64,000 nt of DNA, taken from Clostridiales bacterium. Lineage in GTDB: Bacteria; Bacillota; Clostridia; Lachnospirales; Lachnospiraceae. Position 1 is the stretch's first letter, and each line of letters begins with the position of its first letter. The translations under genes and the position numbers were made by a program. The notes beneath the pieces were generated by a model. The model was given only the letters and a program-made list of their open reading frames with translations. It did not search any database and was not told the origin of the DNA. Where the stretch lies: contig JAAZDK010000138.1 of NCBI GenBank assembly GCA_012512855.1, forward strand, positions 197 to 64,196, in the 5' to 3' direction. Below are positions 61,399-64,000 of the stretch, in pieces.

Positions 61399-63636
61399 AT
61401 GGAGCTACTATTTGAATTGCCTAAAGTTGTACGGGACCTGCTAAAGCTTAAGCAGAGTGAAAAAATCCGATATTGTGTACCCTATGACATATCCCGTGAC
61501 TTTAAAATCGGAGATATAGGATATATCGTTGTAACAGATGAGCAGCTTATAGTCACCGAGGGGGAAAGCATTTTCTTTAAAAGTGATTTGGGCAGGCTGG
61601 AGAAAATTAAGTGCGAACCGATGGTAAACAGCGGCCTGCTTCTTATCAAGGAATACGATAAGGAAGAAGAAATATACATTGCGCGCTTTTCAATGCGCCA
61701 TTTGACCAGAGTATCCTTTGTGGCAAAGGGAGCGGAACGCTTACGGGATAAAATCAAAAAGCCTGTGGTTAGCCGCGAACGTGAAAAGACCTGCTTCAAA
61801 TGCGGCAGGGCTTTGCCGGGTACCATGAAATGCCCGAAATGTGACAGCAAGATGGTTATGCTGGCCAAGTTCTGGGATCTGGTCAAGGAATATAAGCTGC
61901 AGCTTTTGATAATGTCAGTCATTTCGCTGTCAAGCACATTCTTTGCCCTGTATTTGCCACAGTACCAGAAGATCTTTGTAAATAACCATCTGGCGGTTAG
62001 GGAAGGAACGCTTAAGGATGTCCTTATATTCGTTGGTGTAATGCTTTCGCTGACGGTATTGCAGATATTAATTGATATTGGGAAGAACTGGTGGTTTGTA
62101 TCCTTTGGCTCAAAGCTATGTCAGGGTATCCGAAGCAGAATGTATAAAAAGATTCAGGAGCTGTCCCTTTCCTTCATACTGGAGAAAAGACCCGGAGAGC
62201 TGATGAACAGGGTTTCAAGGGATACCGCTGCAATCCAGAGATTTGTTCATGAATGCTTCGGACATATGCTGTCGCATATGATAACCATGATAGGCGCTAT
62301 AATAATCATGCTCTCTATGGATGTACGGATGACCGTAGTATCGATTTCATTTATACCGGTGGTATTTGTACTGACTTCTATATTCAGGAAGAGCATACAT
62401 AAGCGCTTCCACCTGCAATGGGTCAAAAGCGACAAGCTAAACAGCTCTCTGCAGGATGTTATCTCCGGAATGAGGGTGGTAAAATCCTTCGGTAAGGAGC
62501 AGGCGGAATCCGAGAAGTTTAAAAATCTCAATGCCGAGTACTGCGCCGTTCAGTCAAGGAATGAGGTCTTCTGGGCTTCGCTGTTTCCTATGCTGTCCTT
62601 CATAATGAGCATGGGAATATACTTTGTCATCTATATGGGTGGCATAAGAGTTCTTGACGGCAGGATGTCGGTAGGCGCCCTGATGCAGTTCCAGTCATAT
62701 GTCTGGATGCTTTATGGACCGCTTATGTGGATGACCCATCTGCCCAGACGTATCACAGAGATGATTACCAGTATGGAGCGAATATATGATGTTCTTGATG
62801 AGGAGCCTCTGATAGGCAACAAGCCCAATGCGATCAAGCATGATATAGAGGGAGAGGTAGAGTTCAGAAATGTCAGCTTCGGCTACAGGCCCTATGAGCC
62901 CGTATTGCAGAACATCAGCCTGAAGGTTAAAAAGGGTGAAATGATTGGTCTGGTTGGCGCATCAGGAACAGGCAAATCTACAATGATTAACCTGATTATG
63001 CGTCTGTATGAGGTAGATGACGGAGAGATTCTGATTGACGGTATTAATATTAACGATATGGATGCCGGATATTATCATTCTCAAATCGGCGTTGTACTGC
63101 AGGAGAACTTCCTTTTCTCCGGCACAATATTCAACAATATCAAGTTCTCAAAGCCTGATGCGACTGAGGAGGAGGTTATCAGGGCTGCCAAGATGGCAAA
63201 TGCCCATGACTTTATAATAAAGACTCCTGACGGTTACAACACCTATGTGGGCGAGCATGGTCATAACCTCTCCGGTGGTGAAAGACAGCGTATAGCCATA
63301 GCCCGTGCCATATTAAACAATCCGAGGCTTCTGATCCTTGATGAAGCCACCTCCAGTCTTGATACCGAGAGCGAGTATCTGATTCATAAGGCTCTTGAGA
63401 GACTGACGGAGGGCAGAACAACATTTGCAATCGCCCACCGTTTGTCGACCCTGAGGGGAGCCGATCGACTGGTGGTTATAGATGGACATAAAATTGCCGA
63501 GATAGGAACCCATAACGAGCTGATGGAGAAGAAGGGTATATATTATAAGTTGGTTAATGCCCAGCTGCAAATGCAGAGTCTGGAATCCACCAAATCGGAG
63601 GAAGCCGAAGAAGAAAAGAAGGAAGAGGCTGTTTAA
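61399..63636 (+). CDS. ABC exporter with N-terminal extension and CxxC/CxxC knuckle (heterodimer partner)
   Basis: TCFKCGRALPGTMKCPKC; GASGTGKST, LSGGERQR, ILDEATSSLD; RBS ggagggg before ATG 61399. Confidence 0.9.
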   Translation: MELLFELPKVVRDLLKLKQSEKIRYCVPYDISRDFKIGDIGYIVVTDEQLIVTEGESIFFKSDLGRLEKIKCEPMVNSGLLLIKEYDKEEEIYIARFSMRHLTRVSFVAKGAERLRDKIKKPVVSREREKTCFKCGRALPGTMKCPKCDSKMVMLAKFWDLVKEYKLQLLIMSVISLSSTFFALYLPQYQKIFVNNHLAVREGTLKDVLIFVGVMLSLTVLQILIDIGKNWWFVSFGSKLCQGIRSRMYKKIQELSLSFILEKRPGELMNRVSRDTAAIQRFVHECFGHMLSHMITMIGAIIIMLSMDVRMTVVSISFIPVVFVLTSIFRKSIHKRFHLQWVKSDKLNSSLQDVISGMRVVKSFGKEQAESEKFKNLNAEYCAVQSRNEVFWASLFPMLSFIMSMGIYFVIYMGGIRVLDGRMSVGALMQFQSYVWMLYGPLMWMTHLPRRITEMITSMERIYDVLDEEPLIGNKPNAIKHDIEGEVEFRNVSFGYRPYEPVLQNISLKVKKGEMIGLVGASGTGKSTMINLIMRLYEVDDGEILIDGININDMDAGYYHSQIGVVLQENFLFSGTIFNNIKFSKPDATEEEVIRAAKMANAHDFIIKTPDGYNTYVGEHGHNLSGGERQRIAIARAILNNPRLLILDEATSSLDTESEYLIHKALERLTEGRTTFAIAHRLSTLRGADRLVVIDGHKIAEIGTHNELMEKKGIYYKLVNAQLQMQSLESTKSEEAEEEKKEEAV

Positions 63637-63769
63637 TTCTAATCTGTATCCTTTGCATACTAACGGATAAGAGGAACAGATTTGTAAACGAATAGATATA
63701 TAATCGTAAGATAAATAAATGAAAAGAAATATAAATGAATAGATTTGCTAACTAAAGATATATAAACGA

Positions 63770-63813
63770 ACAGACAGGCCAGGCAAGCATGAATACTTGT
63801 TTGGCCTGTCTGT
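63770..63813. terminator. Terminator hairpin between convergent genes
   Basis: acagacaggccaggcaag...cttgtttggcctgtctgt. Confidence 0.7.
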
Positions 63814-63854
63814 AGTATTTAAGGAAAGAGTTTTATAACTATATATAATAATTA

Positions 63855-64000
63855 TTATTCCTCCGTAGATATAACCGAAACAGGGCAGCTTTCCTGAGCC
63901 TGAATGGTATCTGCCTCTGCATCTGCAGGTACGGTATCAACATAAACCTCGGCATATCCGTCGTCACCCATTCTGAAAACCGCCGGACAGGTTTCAACAC
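63855..64000 (-). CDS. Single-cluster ferredoxin, C-terminal part; truncated by window edge
   Basis: Minus strand reads VETCPAVFRMGDDGYAEVYVDTVP...AQESCPVSVISTEE*; not in the ORF track. Confidence 0.88.
   Translation of the reverse strand, partial: VETCPAVFRMGDDGYAEVYVDTVPADAEADTIQAQESCPVSVISTEE

Noticed and set aside
1-64000. CRISPR array, tRNA, rRNA, intact transposase or integrase
   Set aside because: No repeat-spacer periodicity, cloverleaf or rRNA signature, and no DDE, HUH or tyrosine recombinase motifs in any ORF

Overview
Chromosomal segment of a spore-forming, plant-polysaccharide-degrading Clostridia bacterium (Lachnospiraceae-like; taxonomy inferred from gene content only). No rRNA, tRNA, CRISPR array or intact transposase is visible. 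Recognisable modules: GH4 fragment, two Fic-family genes (one canonical with an Xre-HTH, one catalytically degenerate), two damaged HD-GYP paralogues, Ku-LigD (NHEJ), TrkAH, a domain-swapped GH3, desulfoferrodoxin, an LplBCA-type sugar ABC importer next to a GH10 lipoprotein, a LacI-controlled PTS-less sugar/polyol catabolic regulon (FucU, aldolase, FGGY kinase, polyol-P dehydrogenase, PfkB, aldo-keto reductase), class II ribonucleotide reductase with tandem NrdR boxes, GH31, a truncated ECF sigma factor, patatin, a rhamnulokinase-derived pseudokinase, an ABC-DUF1854-ABC operon and a ferredoxin fragment. Best candidates for undescribed biology: (1) an AT-rich island (about 53.7-57.9 kb) bracketed by two copies of a hairpin repeat, encoding a secreted Cys/His/Tyr-rich peptide that the ORF track misses because of an A7 slip after the ATG, plus two lipoproteins; (2) the PTS-less reductive sugar pathway; (3) a GGTTGACTGC hairpin repeat family that sits at the edges of accessory or decaying DNA; (4) the zinc-knuckle ABC-DUF1854-ABC operon behind an SOS-like box. 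All functional proposals are inferences; no database search was possible.
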